Source of the DNA: Alphaproteobacteria bacterium
Lineage (GTDB): Bacteria; Pseudomonadota; Alphaproteobacteria; Bin95
Direction of reading: 5' to 3'
NCBI GenBank assembly: GCA_965205265.1
Contig: CBDBGH010000003.1
Coordinates: 1,504,001-1,568,000 of the forward strand
Length of the DNA stretch: 64,000 nt
Of this stretch, positions 46,305 to 56,179 are shown in pieces. The notes beneath the pieces were generated by a model, which had not been told where the DNA came from, did no database searches, and saw nothing but the letters and a program-made list of their open reading frames with translations. Position 1 is the stretch's first letter, and each line of letters opens with the position of its first letter. The position numbers and the translations under genes were made by a program.

Positions 46305-47798
46305 ATGTCGGACCGCACAGTCGATGTCGTTGTTGTGGGCGCGGGAAACGCCGCCATGTGCGCGGCGCTCGCCGCGCGCGAGCAGGGGGCGGATGTGCTC
46401 GTGCTGGAGCGCGCGAACGAGGAAGAGCGCGGGGGCAATTCGGCCTTCACCGCCGGGAATATCCGCACGGTCTTCAACGGCGTCGAGGATATTAAGGCGC
46501 TTGTCCCGGACCTGACCGAGGACGAAATCGCAATCACCGATTTCGGCGTCTACAGCGAGGCCGACTTCTATGACGACATGGGCCGGATCACCGAATACCG
46601 GACCGACCCCGACATGTGCGAGCTTCTGGTCACGCGCTCGCTCGACACGATGAAGTGGATGCGGGACAAGGGCGTACGCTTCCTGCCGATCTACGGCAAA
46701 CAGGCCTTCAAGATCGACGGGCGGTTCAAGTTCTGGGGCGGGCTCGTGCTGTCCGCCTGGGGCGGCGGGCCGGGGCTGGTGGACGCCCTGCACGAGTCCG
46801 GCGCGCGCGAGGGCGTGGAGGTGCTTTACGGCGCCCGCGCCACCGCCCTGCTGCACGATGACGACGGCGTGAAGGGCGTGCGCGTGCGCCAGGACCGCCG
46901 CAGCTTCGAAGTCCATGCCCGCGCCGTGGTCCTCGCTGCAGGCGGCTTCGAGGCGAATCCGGAGATGCGCACCCGCTATCTCGGCCCCGGCTGGGACGTG
47001 GCCAAGGTGCGCGGCACCCGGTTCAACACCGGCGACGGCATCCGCATGGCGCTGGATATCGGCGCCCGCGCCTATGGCAACTGGTCCGGCTGCCATGCCG
47101 TCGGCTGGGATTTCAACGCGCCCGAATTCGGCGATCTCGCCGTCGGCGACGATTTCCAGAAGCACAGCTATCCCTGGGGCATCATGGTGAATGCGGAAGG
47201 CCGGCGCTTCGTCGATGAAGGCGCTGACTTCCGCAACTACACCTATGCGAAATACGGTCGCGTGATCCTGGGCCAGCCGGGCCAGATGGCCTGGCAGGTG
47301 TTCGACAACAAGATCATCCCGAACCTGCGCGACGAATACCGCATCCGCGAGGTCACCAAGGTCCGGGCCGATACTATCGAGGAGCTTGCGGCGAAGCTCG
47401 AAGGCGTGAACGCCGAGAATTTCCTGGCGGAACTCCGCGCCTACAACGCCGCCGTTCGAACCGACATTCCCTACAACCCGAACGTCAAGGACGGGCGCCG
47501 GACCGAGGGCCTCGCGGTGGACAAGACGAACTGGGCCAACACCATCGACGAGCCGCCCTTCGAGGGCTACCAGACCACCTGCGGTATCACCTTCACCTTC
47601 GGCGGCCTTAGGGTGAACGACGACGCCCAAGTGATGGACACCGACGACATCGAGATTCCGGGCCTCTATGCCGCGGGCGAGCTGGTGGGCGGCCTGTTCT
47701 GGTTCAACTATCCGGGCGGCACCGGGCTGATGGCGGGCGCGGTCTTCGGCAAGATCGCCGGCGAGGCGGCCGGCCGGGCGGCCGTCGGCAACGAATAG
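46305..47798 (+). CDS. tcuA: FAD-dependent tricarballylate dehydrogenase TcuA-like flavoprotein
   Basis: GAGNAA, RGGNS, AGGFEAN, RFVDEG, GITFTFGGL, NYPGGTGL. Confidence 0.8.
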   Translation: MSDRTVDVVVVGAGNAAMCAALAAREQGADVLVLERANEEERGGNSAFTAGNIRTVFNGVEDIKALVPDLTEDEIAITDFGVYSEADFYDDMGRITEYRTDPDMCELLVTRSLDTMKWMRDKGVRFLPIYGKQAFKIDGRFKFWGGLVLSAWGGGPGLVDALHESGAREGVEVLYGARATALLHDDDGVKGVRVRQDRRSFEVHARAVVLAAGGFEANPEMRTRYLGPGWDVAKVRGTRFNTGDGIRMALDIGARAYGNWSGCHAVGWDFNAPEFGDLAVGDDFQKHSYPWGIMVNAEGRRFVDEGADFRNYTYAKYGRVILGQPGQMAWQVFDNKIIPNLRDEYRIREVTKVRADTIEELAAKLEGVNAENFLAELRAYNAAVRTDIPYNPNVKDGRRTEGLAVDKTNWANTIDEPPFEGYQTTCGITFTFGGLRVNDDAQVMDTDDIEIPGLYAAGELVGGLFWFNYPGGTGLMAGAVFGKIAGEAAGRAAVGNE

Positions 47799-47842
47799 AC
47801 GCTCGTCCGACTACCGCTACCCCTTTTCGGAGGCTGACCCCG

Positions 47843-48415
47843 ATGGCGCGAGCGCCCTACCCCGACATCGAGACCCTGCCGGACGAATTGCGCAGTTTCG
47901 TCCAGCGCTTCGACCCGCTGATGAACGTCTTCCACATGCTGGCCCACACCGGGCCGGCGCTGCCGCATTTCATGCGGCTCGGCAATGCGATCCTGTTCAA
48001 GGGCAGGCTCGACCCCGAGCTCAGGGAAATCGCCATCCTGCGCGTCGGCCACCTGCTCGGCGCCCCCTATGAGGTCCACCAGCACAGGATCGTTTCGCGC
48101 AATATCGGCATGGACGAGGCCCGGATCGCAGGCGTCGAGCACGGCGAGGACGAAACGGTGTTCTCGGAACTCGAAAACCTGGTCATCCGTTTCACCGACG
48201 AGGTCGTGTCGAGCGTCCGCGCCAGCGACGCGACCTGGAACGCGCTTTCCGTCCATCTCGATCCGGGGCAGATGGCCGAACTTACGCTCGCCGTCGGCTT
48301 CTATTCGATGATCGCCGTGTTCCTGGAGAATTTCGAGGTCGAAATCGAACCGGAAGGCGTCGTAGAAGACCCGATGAAGCGCCCGCGGAAACCGGGGGAA
48401 GCCCAACCGGCCTGA
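47843..48415 (+). CDS. carboxymuconolactone decarboxylase/AhpD family protein
   Basis: NVFHMLAH, LREIAILRVG, YEVHQH. Confidence 0.85.
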   Translation: MARAPYPDIETLPDELRSFVQRFDPLMNVFHMLAHTGPALPHFMRLGNAILFKGRLDPELREIAILRVGHLLGAPYEVHQHRIVSRNIGMDEARIAGVEHGEDETVFSELENLVIRFTDEVVSSVRASDATWNALSVHLDPGQMAELTLAVGFYSMIAVFLENFEVEIEPEGVVEDPMKRPRKPGEAQPA

Positions 48416-48433
48416 ATTCGGGAGGCGGCTACA

Positions 48434-49267
48434 GTGCCTGAGTCACGAAGCTACTACGCGCCCAGCGGCGGCCTTCCGGGCCAGACGGAACTGCTGACCG
48501 GCCGCGCCGTCTTCACGGAGGCCTATGCCGTCATTCCGAAGGACGTGCTCCGGGACATCGTCACCAGCCTCCTCCCGCACTGGGACAAGACCCGCGCCTG
48601 GATACTCGCAAGGCCGCTCTCCGGCTTTGCGGAGACCTTTTCGCAATACATCGTCGAGGTGGCCCCCGGCGGCGGCAGCGACAATCCCGAGCCCGACGCC
48701 GGCGCAGAAGCCGGCCTCTTCGCGGTTTCCGGCTCCTTCGAACTCATGCTCGCCGGCCGGACCTGGCGGATCGAGGCCGGCGGTTTCGTCTATATCCCTC
48801 CGGGCGCGGCCTGGCAGCTGCGCAACCGGGGCGGCGAAAATGCGGTCTTCCACTGGATACGCAAGCGTTACGAGCCGGTCGAGGGCCTCGCCCTGCCCGA
48901 CCCCATCGTGACCAGCGACCGGGAATGCCCGGCCGTCGCCATGCCGGACACGGACGGCCGTTGGGCGACCACGCGCTTCATCGACCCGGAGGACATGCGC
49001 CATGACATGCATGTCAACATCGTCTCCTTCGAGCCGGGCGCCGCCATCCCCTTCGCCGAGACGCACATCATGGAGCACGGGCTCTATGTGCTCGAAGGCA
49101 AGGGCGTCTATCGGCTCAACCGGGACTGGGTGGAAGTCGAGGCCGGGGACTTCATGTGGCTGCGGGCGTTCTGCCCCCAGGCCTGCTATGCGGGCGGTCC
49201 CGGCCCGTTCCGATACCTGCTCTACAAGGACGTGAACCGCCACCCGCGGCTGGCGCCGCTGCTGTAG
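48434..49267 (+). CDS. allE: (S)-ureidoglycine aminohydrolase (bicupin)
   Basis: ARPLSGFAETFSQY, ETHIMEHGLY, RAFCPQACYA, YLLYKDVNR; purine-cluster context. Confidence 0.88.
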   Translation: MPESRSYYAPSGGLPGQTELLTGRAVFTEAYAVIPKDVLRDIVTSLLPHWDKTRAWILARPLSGFAETFSQYIVEVAPGGGSDNPEPDAGAEAGLFAVSGSFELMLAGRTWRIEAGGFVYIPPGAAWQLRNRGGENAVFHWIRKRYEPVEGLALPDPIVTSDRECPAVAMPDTDGRWATTRFIDPEDMRHDMHVNIVSFEPGAAIPFAETHIMEHGLYVLEGKGVYRLNRDWVEVEAGDFMWLRAFCPQACYAGGPGPFRYLLYKDVNRHPRLAPLL

Positions 49268-49285
49268 CGCTGTCGGGGGCCGGCT

Positions 49286-50518
49286 TTACTCCCACCTCTC
49301 CTCGTACCAGGCGACGATCAGCCGGCGTTCGCTGTCTTCCATGCCGGCAAGATTGCCGGGAGGCATGGCGCGCGACCTGCCGGCCTGGAGATAGATGAGG
49401 CGGGCGTTCCGAAGAATCTGCTCCTCGGTTTCGAGCACGATGCCCTTGGGCGGCCGGCGAATCCCCTCCCAGGCCGGCTCTTCCGTATGGCAGACGAGGC
49501 AGCGGGTGAGGACGGCCTCCTGCACCGCTTCGAAATGGGGCGATGCGGCGAGGCGGCGTTCCGCCGGAGTCAGCGCCGCCGGGCCGTTGCCCGAGCCGGT
49601 CAGCACCGCCGGCATGGTGGAGAGCCAGACGATGACGAGGAACAGGACGGCAGCAACGAGCCACGGCCAAACCGTATGCCCCCGCTTGGAATGAAGGCGA
49701 TTGAAATAGACGCGGATCAGCACGCCCATCAGGAAGATCAGCGACGCGATGACCCAGCTGTATTCCGTGGCGAAGGCCAGCGGATAGTGGTTCGAGAGCA
49801 TCAGGAAGATGACGGGCAGCGTCAGGTAGTTGTTGTGCGTCGAACGCTGGTTCGCGATCCGACCGTATTTCGGGTCCGGAGTTCGTCCTGCTTTCAGGTC
49901 CTCGGTCACGATGCGCTGGTTGGGAATGATGACCAGGAACACATTGGCGCTCATGATCGTCGCCGTGATCGAGCCGAGATGCACGAAGGCCGCCCGCCCG
50001 GTGAAGACCTGCGAAAAGCCCCACGCCATAGCCACGAGGACGACATAGAGGAACAGCATCAGCCGCGTATTGTCGTCGCCGAAGCGGCTCTTGCAGATGA
50101 GGTCGTAGGCGAACCAGCCGATGACGATGGACGCGACGGAAATGGCGATCGCCGCCTCGTTCGACAGCTCCATGATCTCGTTGTCGACGAGGTAGAATTC
50201 GGGATGGGCGTAATAGAGCACGCATAACAGCGCAAAGCCGGTAACCCAGGTCGCGTAGCTTTCCCATTTGAACCAGGTCAGGTGTTCGGGCAGTTCCGCA
50301 GGCGCGACCATGTATTTGCGGACATGGTAGAAGCCGCCGCCATGCACCTGCCATTCCTCTCCGCTCACCCCTTCGGGAAGGCTCGGCGGGCGGCGAAGGC
50401 CAAGGTCCAGCGCAATGAAGTAGAACGAAGTGCCGATCCACACGATGGCGGTCGTCACATGCGCCCAACGCACGGCGAATTCGAGCCACTCGCCGAGGAC
50501 AGGAAGCAGCCCTTCCAC
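49286..50518 (-). CDS. puuD: urate oxidase/hydroxylase PuuD (DUF989 membrane domain plus cytochrome c)
   Basis: RWAHV, WQVHGGGFY, WFKWESY, RSTHNNYLTLPV, C-terminal CLVCH and MPPGN. Confidence 0.93.
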   Translation of the reverse strand: MEGLLPVLGEWLEFAVRWAHVTTAIVWIGTSFYFIALDLGLRRPPSLPEGVSGEEWQVHGGGFYHVRKYMVAPAELPEHLTWFKWESYATWVTGFALLCVLYYAHPEFYLVDNEIMELSNEAAIAISVASIVIGWFAYDLICKSRFGDDNTRLMLFLYVVLVAMAWGFSQVFTGRAAFVHLGSITATIMSANVFLVIIPNQRIVTEDLKAGRTPDPKYGRIANQRSTHNNYLTLPVIFLMLSNHYPLAFATEYSWVIASLIFLMGVLIRVYFNRLHSKRGHTVWPWLVAAVLFLVIVWLSTMPAVLTGSGNGPAALTPAERRLAASPHFEAVQEAVLTRCLVCHTEEPAWEGIRRPPKGIVLETEEQILRNARLIYLQAGRSRAMPPGNLAGMEDSERRLIVAWYEERWE

Positions 50519-52827
50519 TATTCCGTCCTCTCCCGCTTCAGCCGTTCGATGGCAAGCAGCAGGCGTTCCGGCGTCGCCGGCGTGTCGAGCCTCGGGCAAT
50601 GCCGATAGCCGGCGGTGCTGGCGACGGCCATCGACAGGGCCTCGACCACGGACGCGCACAGCAGCAGGGGCGGCTCGCCGATGGCCTTGGACCGGCCGAT
50701 GGTGGGCTTGGCGTTCTCGGACCACTCGGCGAGATGCACGTTGAAGACGGGCGGGCAGTCCGAGGCGAGCGGTATCTTGTAAGTCGAGGGCGCATGGGTG
50801 CGCAGCCGGCCCTCGCCGTCCCACCAGAGCTCTTCCGTCGTCACCCACCCCATGCCCTGGATGAAGCCGCCTTCGACCTGGCCCAGATCGATGGCCGGAT
50901 TGAGCGACCGGCCGGCATCGTGAAGGATATCGACCCTGAGCACGCGGTATTCCCCGGTCAAAGTATCGACCTCGACCTCGGTGGCCCCGGCGCTGTAGGC
51001 GAAATAGTAGAAGGGCTTGCCGCGTCCGGCCGCCCGGTCCCAGTGGATTTCCGGGGTGCGGTAGAAGCCGGTGGCCGAAAGCTGGACCCTGGCCATGTAG
51101 GCCGCCTCGATCAGATCGGCGAAGGCCATGTCCTGGTTGCCGATCCTGACCCTTCCGGCCTCGAAGACGACCTGGTCCGGTTCGACATTCCAGCGCCCGG
51201 CGGCGAACGCGACCAGCCGGCGCCTGATCTCGTCGGCGGCTTCGAACGCCGCCATACCGTTCAGGTCCGAACCGGTGGAGGCCGCGGTCGCCGAAGTGTT
51301 CGGCACCTTGCCGGTGCTGGTGGCGGTGATCCGCACTTGGTCGAGCTCGACCTGGAAACAATCCGCGACCACCGAGGCGACCTTGACGAAGAGCCCCTGC
51401 CCCATCTCCGTGCCGCCGTGGTTCAGGTGGATCGAGCCGTCGCGATAGACATGCACGAGCGCGCCGGCCTGGTTCATCCAGGTCGCCGTGAAGGACACGC
51501 CGAACTTGACCGGCGTGAGCGCGATGCCCCGGCGCAGGACGCCGCCCCTTGCGTTGAAATCCAGAACCGCCTGCCGCCGCGGCGCGTAGTCCGCCCGCTC
51601 TTCGATTTCCGCGACCAGGCGCGGGAGGATGTTGTCCTCGACCGGCTGGTGGTAAGGCGTCAGATCCCTGCCGGGGCCGCCGTAGAAATTGGCCTTGCGG
51701 ATATCGAGCGGGGAACGGCCGGTGCTGTATGCAACCTCCTCGATAACCCGCTCGGCGGCTATGACGCCCTGCGGAGACCCGAAGCCCCGGAAGGCCGTGT
51801 TCGAGACGGTGTTGGTGCGCATCGGCCGCGAGCGCAGGCGCACGGCCGGGAAGAAATAGGCATTGTCCGCGTGGAACAGCGCCCGGTCCGAAACAGCGCC
51901 CGACAGATCGACGGAGAAGCCGCAGCGCGCCGTCAGCACGCTGTCCACGGCCAGGATACGCCCTTCATCGTCGAACCCGACATCGTAATCGACGCGGAAG
52001 TCGTGGCGCTTGCCGGTCGCGGTCATGTCGTCGTCCCGGTCCGGACGCAGCTTGACGGCGCGGCCGAATTTCCGGGCGGCGAGCGCGGCGACGGCGGCAA
52101 ACAGGTTCGACTGGCTTTCCTTGCCGCCGAACGCCCCGCCCATGCGCCGCACATTCACCGTCACCGCACTCGACGGGACCCCGAGCACATGGGCCACGAC
52201 ATGCTGCACTTCGCTCGGATGCTGGGTCGACGAGACCACCCGGACCTCGTCGTCTTCTCCCGGCAGGGCAAAGGCAACATGGCTCTCCAGGTAGAAATGG
52301 TCCTGTCCTCCCACCCGGAGCGTGCCCTGCAGGCGGCGCGGCGCGGCCTCCAGCGCGGCCTCGACATCCCCCCGCGCGAGTGTCAGCGGCTCCGACACGG
52401 TTTCGAGGGCATCGTCGGCTTCGATCACGGCCGGCCTCGGCTCATAGACGACCCGTGCGCGGCGCGCGGCGCGCCGGGCCTCGGCCCGCGTTGCGGCCAC
52501 GACCGCAAACACGGGCTGGCCGTAGAAGGAAACGACGCCGTCCGCGAAAACCGGGTCGTCGCCCGCTCCGACGGGACTGATGTCGTTCTCGCCCGGAATA
52601 TCGGCCGCCGTCAGCACTCCGACCACGCCGGGCGCGCTCAGGACTTCCGCGATGTCCAGTTCCGATATGCCGGCATGGGCGGCCGTCGAGAGCCCGAGGC
52701 AGGCATGCAGCATGCCGGTCGGCTCCACCATGTCGTCGGCATAGGCGGCGCGGCCCGTCACGTGCCTGGCGGCGGAATCGTGCCGGTGCGCGCGGTGCAT
52801 GATTTCGCGGCTTGCGGGGCCGGTCAT
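50518..52827 (-). CDS. xdhB: xanthine dehydrogenase molybdopterin subunit
   Basis: HDSAARHVTG, RMGGAFGGKE, SNTAFRGFG, HGGTEMGQG, SKAIGEPP. Confidence 0.95.
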   Translation of the reverse strand: MTGPASREIMHRAHRHDSAARHVTGRAAYADDMVEPTGMLHACLGLSTAAHAGISELDIAEVLSAPGVVGVLTAADIPGENDISPVGAGDDPVFADGVVSFYGQPVFAVVAATRAEARRAARRARVVYEPRPAVIEADDALETVSEPLTLARGDVEAALEAAPRRLQGTLRVGGQDHFYLESHVAFALPGEDDEVRVVSSTQHPSEVQHVVAHVLGVPSSAVTVNVRRMGGAFGGKESQSNLFAAVAALAARKFGRAVKLRPDRDDDMTATGKRHDFRVDYDVGFDDEGRILAVDSVLTARCGFSVDLSGAVSDRALFHADNAYFFPAVRLRSRPMRTNTVSNTAFRGFGSPQGVIAAERVIEEVAYSTGRSPLDIRKANFYGGPGRDLTPYHQPVEDNILPRLVAEIEERADYAPRRQAVLDFNARGGVLRRGIALTPVKFGVSFTATWMNQAGALVHVYRDGSIHLNHGGTEMGQGLFVKVASVVADCFQVELDQVRITATSTGKVPNTSATAASTGSDLNGMAAFEAADEIRRRLVAFAAGRWNVEPDQVVFEAGRVRIGNQDMAFADLIEAAYMARVQLSATGFYRTPEIHWDRAAGRGKPFYYFAYSAGATEVEVDTLTGEYRVLRVDILHDAGRSLNPAIDLGQVEGGFIQGMGWVTTEELWWDGEGRLRTHAPSTYKIPLASDCPPVFNVHLAEWSENAKPTIGRSKAIGEPPLLLCASVVEALSMAVASTAGYRHCPRLDTPATPERLLLAIERLKRERTE

Positions 52828-54263
52828 GGCGAAACCGTCGGCGACCGGTCCAGATAGAAGCGCTTCAGCAGGTTCCGGGCGACGAGCGCCCGGTATTCCG
52901 CCGAGGCGCGCCAGTCGGAAATCGGCGTGAAGTCCCGCTCCAGCGCCTGCTCCGCAGCTTCGAAGGCTGGCTCCCCCCACGCCCGGCCGCGCAGCGCGGC
53001 TTCGGCCGCTTCGGCCCGTTTCGGCGTCGCCGCCATGCCGCCGAAAGCCAGCCGCGCCTCCTCTATGCAACCGTCCCGGACGCGGACCATGAAGCCGGCG
53101 CAGACCGACGAGATGTCCTCGTCGCGGCGCTTGGAGACCTTGTAGAAGCCGAGCCGGGCATCCTCTGCCGGAACCGGCACGCGCACCTTTTCCACGAACT
53201 CGCCGGGCGCCAGGTCCTGCCGGCCGTAGTCGAGGAAATAGGCTTCGAGCGGCATGGCGCGCCGCTCCCGGCCCTTTCGCAGAACCAGCTCGGCCCCGAG
53301 CGCGATCAATACCGGCGGCAGGTCGGCAATGGGCGAGCCGTTGGCGATATTGCCGCCGACCGTGCCCATATTGCGTATCTGCCAACCGCCGATCCGGCTC
53401 CAGTAGTCCGCAAGGCCCGGCACCGCCTCCGTCAGGGCCGCTTCCGCATCCGAATAGGACGCCGTCGCCCCGATGCATATTGTCCCGCCCTTCACGGCAA
53501 TCCGGCCGAGCCCGTCCAAATGGCCGATGAACGCCGCCGGCGCAATGTCCCGCAAATCCTTGTTGATCCACACCCCGACATCGGTTGCGCCGGCAATCAC
53601 GGTGGCCGCCGGCTCCGATTCCAGCGCGTCCGCCAGATCGTCTTCATCGGCCGGAACGACAACGCTGCCGCCGGCCAGTTCGACCCGCTTCCCGTCCGCC
53701 ATTGCCGCCAGGCGCGCGGCAACCGCCTCGCGGCTGCGCACCAGTCGGTCGTCTTCGGGCAGGCCGTAGTCGGCCGCGACGGCGCCCGCGCGCAGGATCG
53801 GCGCATAGCCGGTGCAGCGGCAGAGATTGCCCTGGAGCGCCCGCCGGATCTCGGCTTCCGACGGCCGCGGCCGCTCCAGCCAGAGCGCATAGAGGACCAT
53901 GACAATGCCAGGCGTGCAGAAACCGCACTGGCTGGCGTGGCAATCGACCATCGCCTGCTGGACCGGATGCAGGCCGCCATCCGCGCCGGCGAGATGTTCG
54001 ACCGTCACGACATGGCAGCCGTCGAGGCTCGGCAGGAGCCGGATGCAGCTGTTGACCGCCTCGTAGCGCAGCTCCCCGTCGCGCAGCCGGCCCACCAGCA
54101 CGGTGCAGGCGCCGCAGTCCCCTTCCGCACAGCCCTCCTTGGTGCCGCGCAGGCCGCAGCGAAGCCTCAGGAAGTCGAGCAGGCTGTCGCCGGCGCCGGC
54201 ATCCGTGAGCGCGGCCTCCTCGTCATTCACCAGGAACCGGAGTTCGCGGCGTATCCCGGCCAT
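52824..54263 (-). CDS. xdhA: xanthine dehydrogenase small (FeS/FAD) subunit
   Basis: GTKEGCAEGDCGAC, QCGFCTPG, GNLCRCTGY, GGNIANGSP, KVSKRRDEDIS. Confidence 0.95.
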   Translation of the reverse strand: MAGIRRELRFLVNDEEAALTDAGAGDSLLDFLRLRCGLRGTKEGCAEGDCGACTVLVGRLRDGELRYEAVNSCIRLLPSLDGCHVVTVEHLAGADGGLHPVQQAMVDCHASQCGFCTPGIVMVLYALWLERPRPSEAEIRRALQGNLCRCTGYAPILRAGAVAADYGLPEDDRLVRSREAVAARLAAMADGKRVELAGGSVVVPADEDDLADALESEPAATVIAGATDVGVWINKDLRDIAPAAFIGHLDGLGRIAVKGGTICIGATASYSDAEAALTEAVPGLADYWSRIGGWQIRNMGTVGGNIANGSPIADLPPVLIALGAELVLRKGRERRAMPLEAYFLDYGRQDLAPGEFVEKVRVPVPAEDARLGFYKVSKRRDEDISSVCAGFMVRVRDGCIEEARLAFGGMAATPKRAEAAEAALRGRAWGEPAFEAAEQALERDFTPISDWRASAEYRALVARNLLKRFYLDRSPTVSP

Positions 54264-54266
54264 GGC

Positions 54267-54623
54267 CTAGCTGCCCCGATAGGTCGAATAGCCGAAGGGC
54301 GAGAGCAGCAGCGGCACATGGCAGGCGGTCCCGGCTTTCGAAATGCCGAACCGCACCGGCACCGTGCCGAGGAACGGCCTGTCCGCACCCGCACCCGCCG
54401 CGCGATGATAGTCGCCCGCCTCGAATTCGATCTCGTAGGCGCCGACGCCGAACTCGTCGCCCTCGAGCAACGGCCGGTCCGTTCGCCCGTCGGCATTGGT
54501 GACGGCCGACGCCAGCAGGCGGCGGTCGTCCCCGTCCAGCCTGTAGAGCCGGAGCGCGAGGCCCGCAGCGGGACGGCCGAGAGCCGTATCCAGCACATGA
54601 GTGGTCAGCCGGCCGTCGGGCAT
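54267..54623 (-). CDS. uraH: hydroxyisourate hydrolase
   Basis: LTTHVLDT, TNADGR, HVPLLLSPFGYSTYRGS C-terminus. Confidence 0.95.
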   Translation of the reverse strand: MPDGRLTTHVLDTALGRPAAGLALRLYRLDGDDRRLLASAVTNADGRTDRPLLEGDEFGVGAYEIEFEAGDYHRAAGAGADRPFLGTVPVRFGISKAGTACHVPLLLSPFGYSTYRGS

Positions 54624-54672
54624 GGCGCCCCCTCGGACTAGCAAAGGGCCTTCCCGTCGGGAGGCCGCGCGG

Positions 54673-54702
54673 TTGCACGCTAGCAATCCGCATTTTTACA
54701 AT
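54673..54702 (+). promoter_or_regulatory. putative sigma70 promoter for puuE
   Basis: TTGCAC-N18-TACAAT in the AT-rich divergent intergenic region. Confidence 0.45.
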
Positions 54703-54741
54703 CAACAACACGGGGAGCCATGAAACCCGGACGGCCGGAGG

Positions 54742-56169
54742 GTGAAAACGGCATTGCGATATCCAAGAGACCTGCACGGTTACGGGCCCGAACCGCCCGA
54801 TCCGAAATGGCCCGGCGGCGCCCGGATCGCCGTCCAGTTCGTCATCAACTACGAAGAGGGCGGCGAGAATTGCATTCTTCACGGCGACCCGGCCTCGGAA
54901 GCGTTCCTTTCCGAGATCGTGGGCGCCGCGCCCTGGCCGGGCCAGCGGCACTGGAACATGGAGTCGATCTACGAATACGGCGCGCGGGCCGGCTTCTGGC
55001 GCCTTCACCGGCTGTTCACCGGCTTCGACATTCCGGTCACGGTGTATGGCGTGGCGACGGCGCTGGCGCGCTCGCCGGCCCAGGTGGCGGCGATGCAGGC
55101 CGCCGATTGGGAGATTGCAAGCCACGGCCTCAAATGGATCGAATACCGGGACATGCCGCTCGAAGAGGAGCGCGAACATCTGGAAGAGGCCGTGCGCCTG
55201 CACGCGGAAGTCACGGGCGAGCGGCCGCGCGGCTGGTACACGGGGCGCTGCTCGGACAACACCGTCCGGCTCGCCGCCGAGGAAGGCGGGTTCGACTATG
55301 TGTCGGACGCCTATGCCGACGACCTGCCCTACTGGGTCCGTTTCGGCAAGCGCGACCAGCTGATCGTCCCCTATACGCTCGATGCGAACGACATGCGCTT
55401 CGCCGTGGCGCAGGGTTTCAATTCCGGCGACCAGTTCTTCGCCTATCTGCGCGACAGTTTCGATGCGCTCTATGCCGAGGGCGAGGCGGGCAGCGCGAAA
55501 ATGCTCTCGGTCGGCCTGCATTGCCGGCTCGTCGGGCGGCCGGGGCGCATCGTGGCGCTGAGGCGCTTCATCGAACATGCGGCGGCGCACGAGGGGGTCT
55601 GGTTCGCGCGGCGCATCGACATCGCCCGCCACTGGCAGGCCCTGCACCCGCCGCCTGTCGCGCGGGAACGGCCGTCGGCCATGGACCGCGAAACCTTCGT
55701 CGCGCGGTTCGGAAGCATTTTCGAGCATTCGCCCTGGATTGCGGAGCGCGCCTGGGACGGTGAGCTGGGGCCTGCCCATGACACCGCGGTCGGCATGCTG
55801 AGCGCGCTTGCGCGGCAATTCCGGTCCGCCGGCGAGGATGAGCGGCTCGGCGTGCTGAAAGCCCATCCTGACCTCGCGGGACGGCTGGCCGCAGCCCGCC
55901 GGCTGACCGGGGCATCGGCGGCGGAACAGGCATCCGCCGGGCTCGATGCGCTGACCGACGCCGAGCGCGCCCGCTTCACCGAACTGAACCGGGCTTATGT
56001 AGAGAAGCACGGTTTTCCGTTCATCATTGCAGTGCGCGACCACGACAGGGCCGGCATCCTGCAAGCCTTCGAGCGGCGCCTTGCAAACGATTCCGGGACG
56101 GAATTCGCCGAAGCCTGCCGGCAGGTCGAACGTATCGCCGAATTGCGCCTCTCGGAGACGCTGGACTAG
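54742..56169 (+). CDS. puuE: allantoinase PuuE fused to OHCU decarboxylase
   Basis: NYEEGGEN, YEYGARAGFWR, GWYTGR, GLHCRL; C-terminal FEHSPW, AHPDLA, FPFIIAV. Confidence 0.93.
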   Translation: MKTALRYPRDLHGYGPEPPDPKWPGGARIAVQFVINYEEGGENCILHGDPASEAFLSEIVGAAPWPGQRHWNMESIYEYGARAGFWRLHRLFTGFDIPVTVYGVATALARSPAQVAAMQAADWEIASHGLKWIEYRDMPLEEEREHLEEAVRLHAEVTGERPRGWYTGRCSDNTVRLAAEEGGFDYVSDAYADDLPYWVRFGKRDQLIVPYTLDANDMRFAVAQGFNSGDQFFAYLRDSFDALYAEGEAGSAKMLSVGLHCRLVGRPGRIVALRRFIEHAAAHEGVWFARRIDIARHWQALHPPPVARERPSAMDRETFVARFGSIFEHSPWIAERAWDGELGPAHDTAVGMLSALARQFRSAGEDERLGVLKAHPDLAGRLAAARRLTGASAAEQASAGLDALTDAERARFTELNRAYVEKHGFPFIIAVRDHDRAGILQAFERRLANDSGTEFAEACRQVERIAELRLSETLD

Positions 56170-56179
56170 GGAGCGGCGC

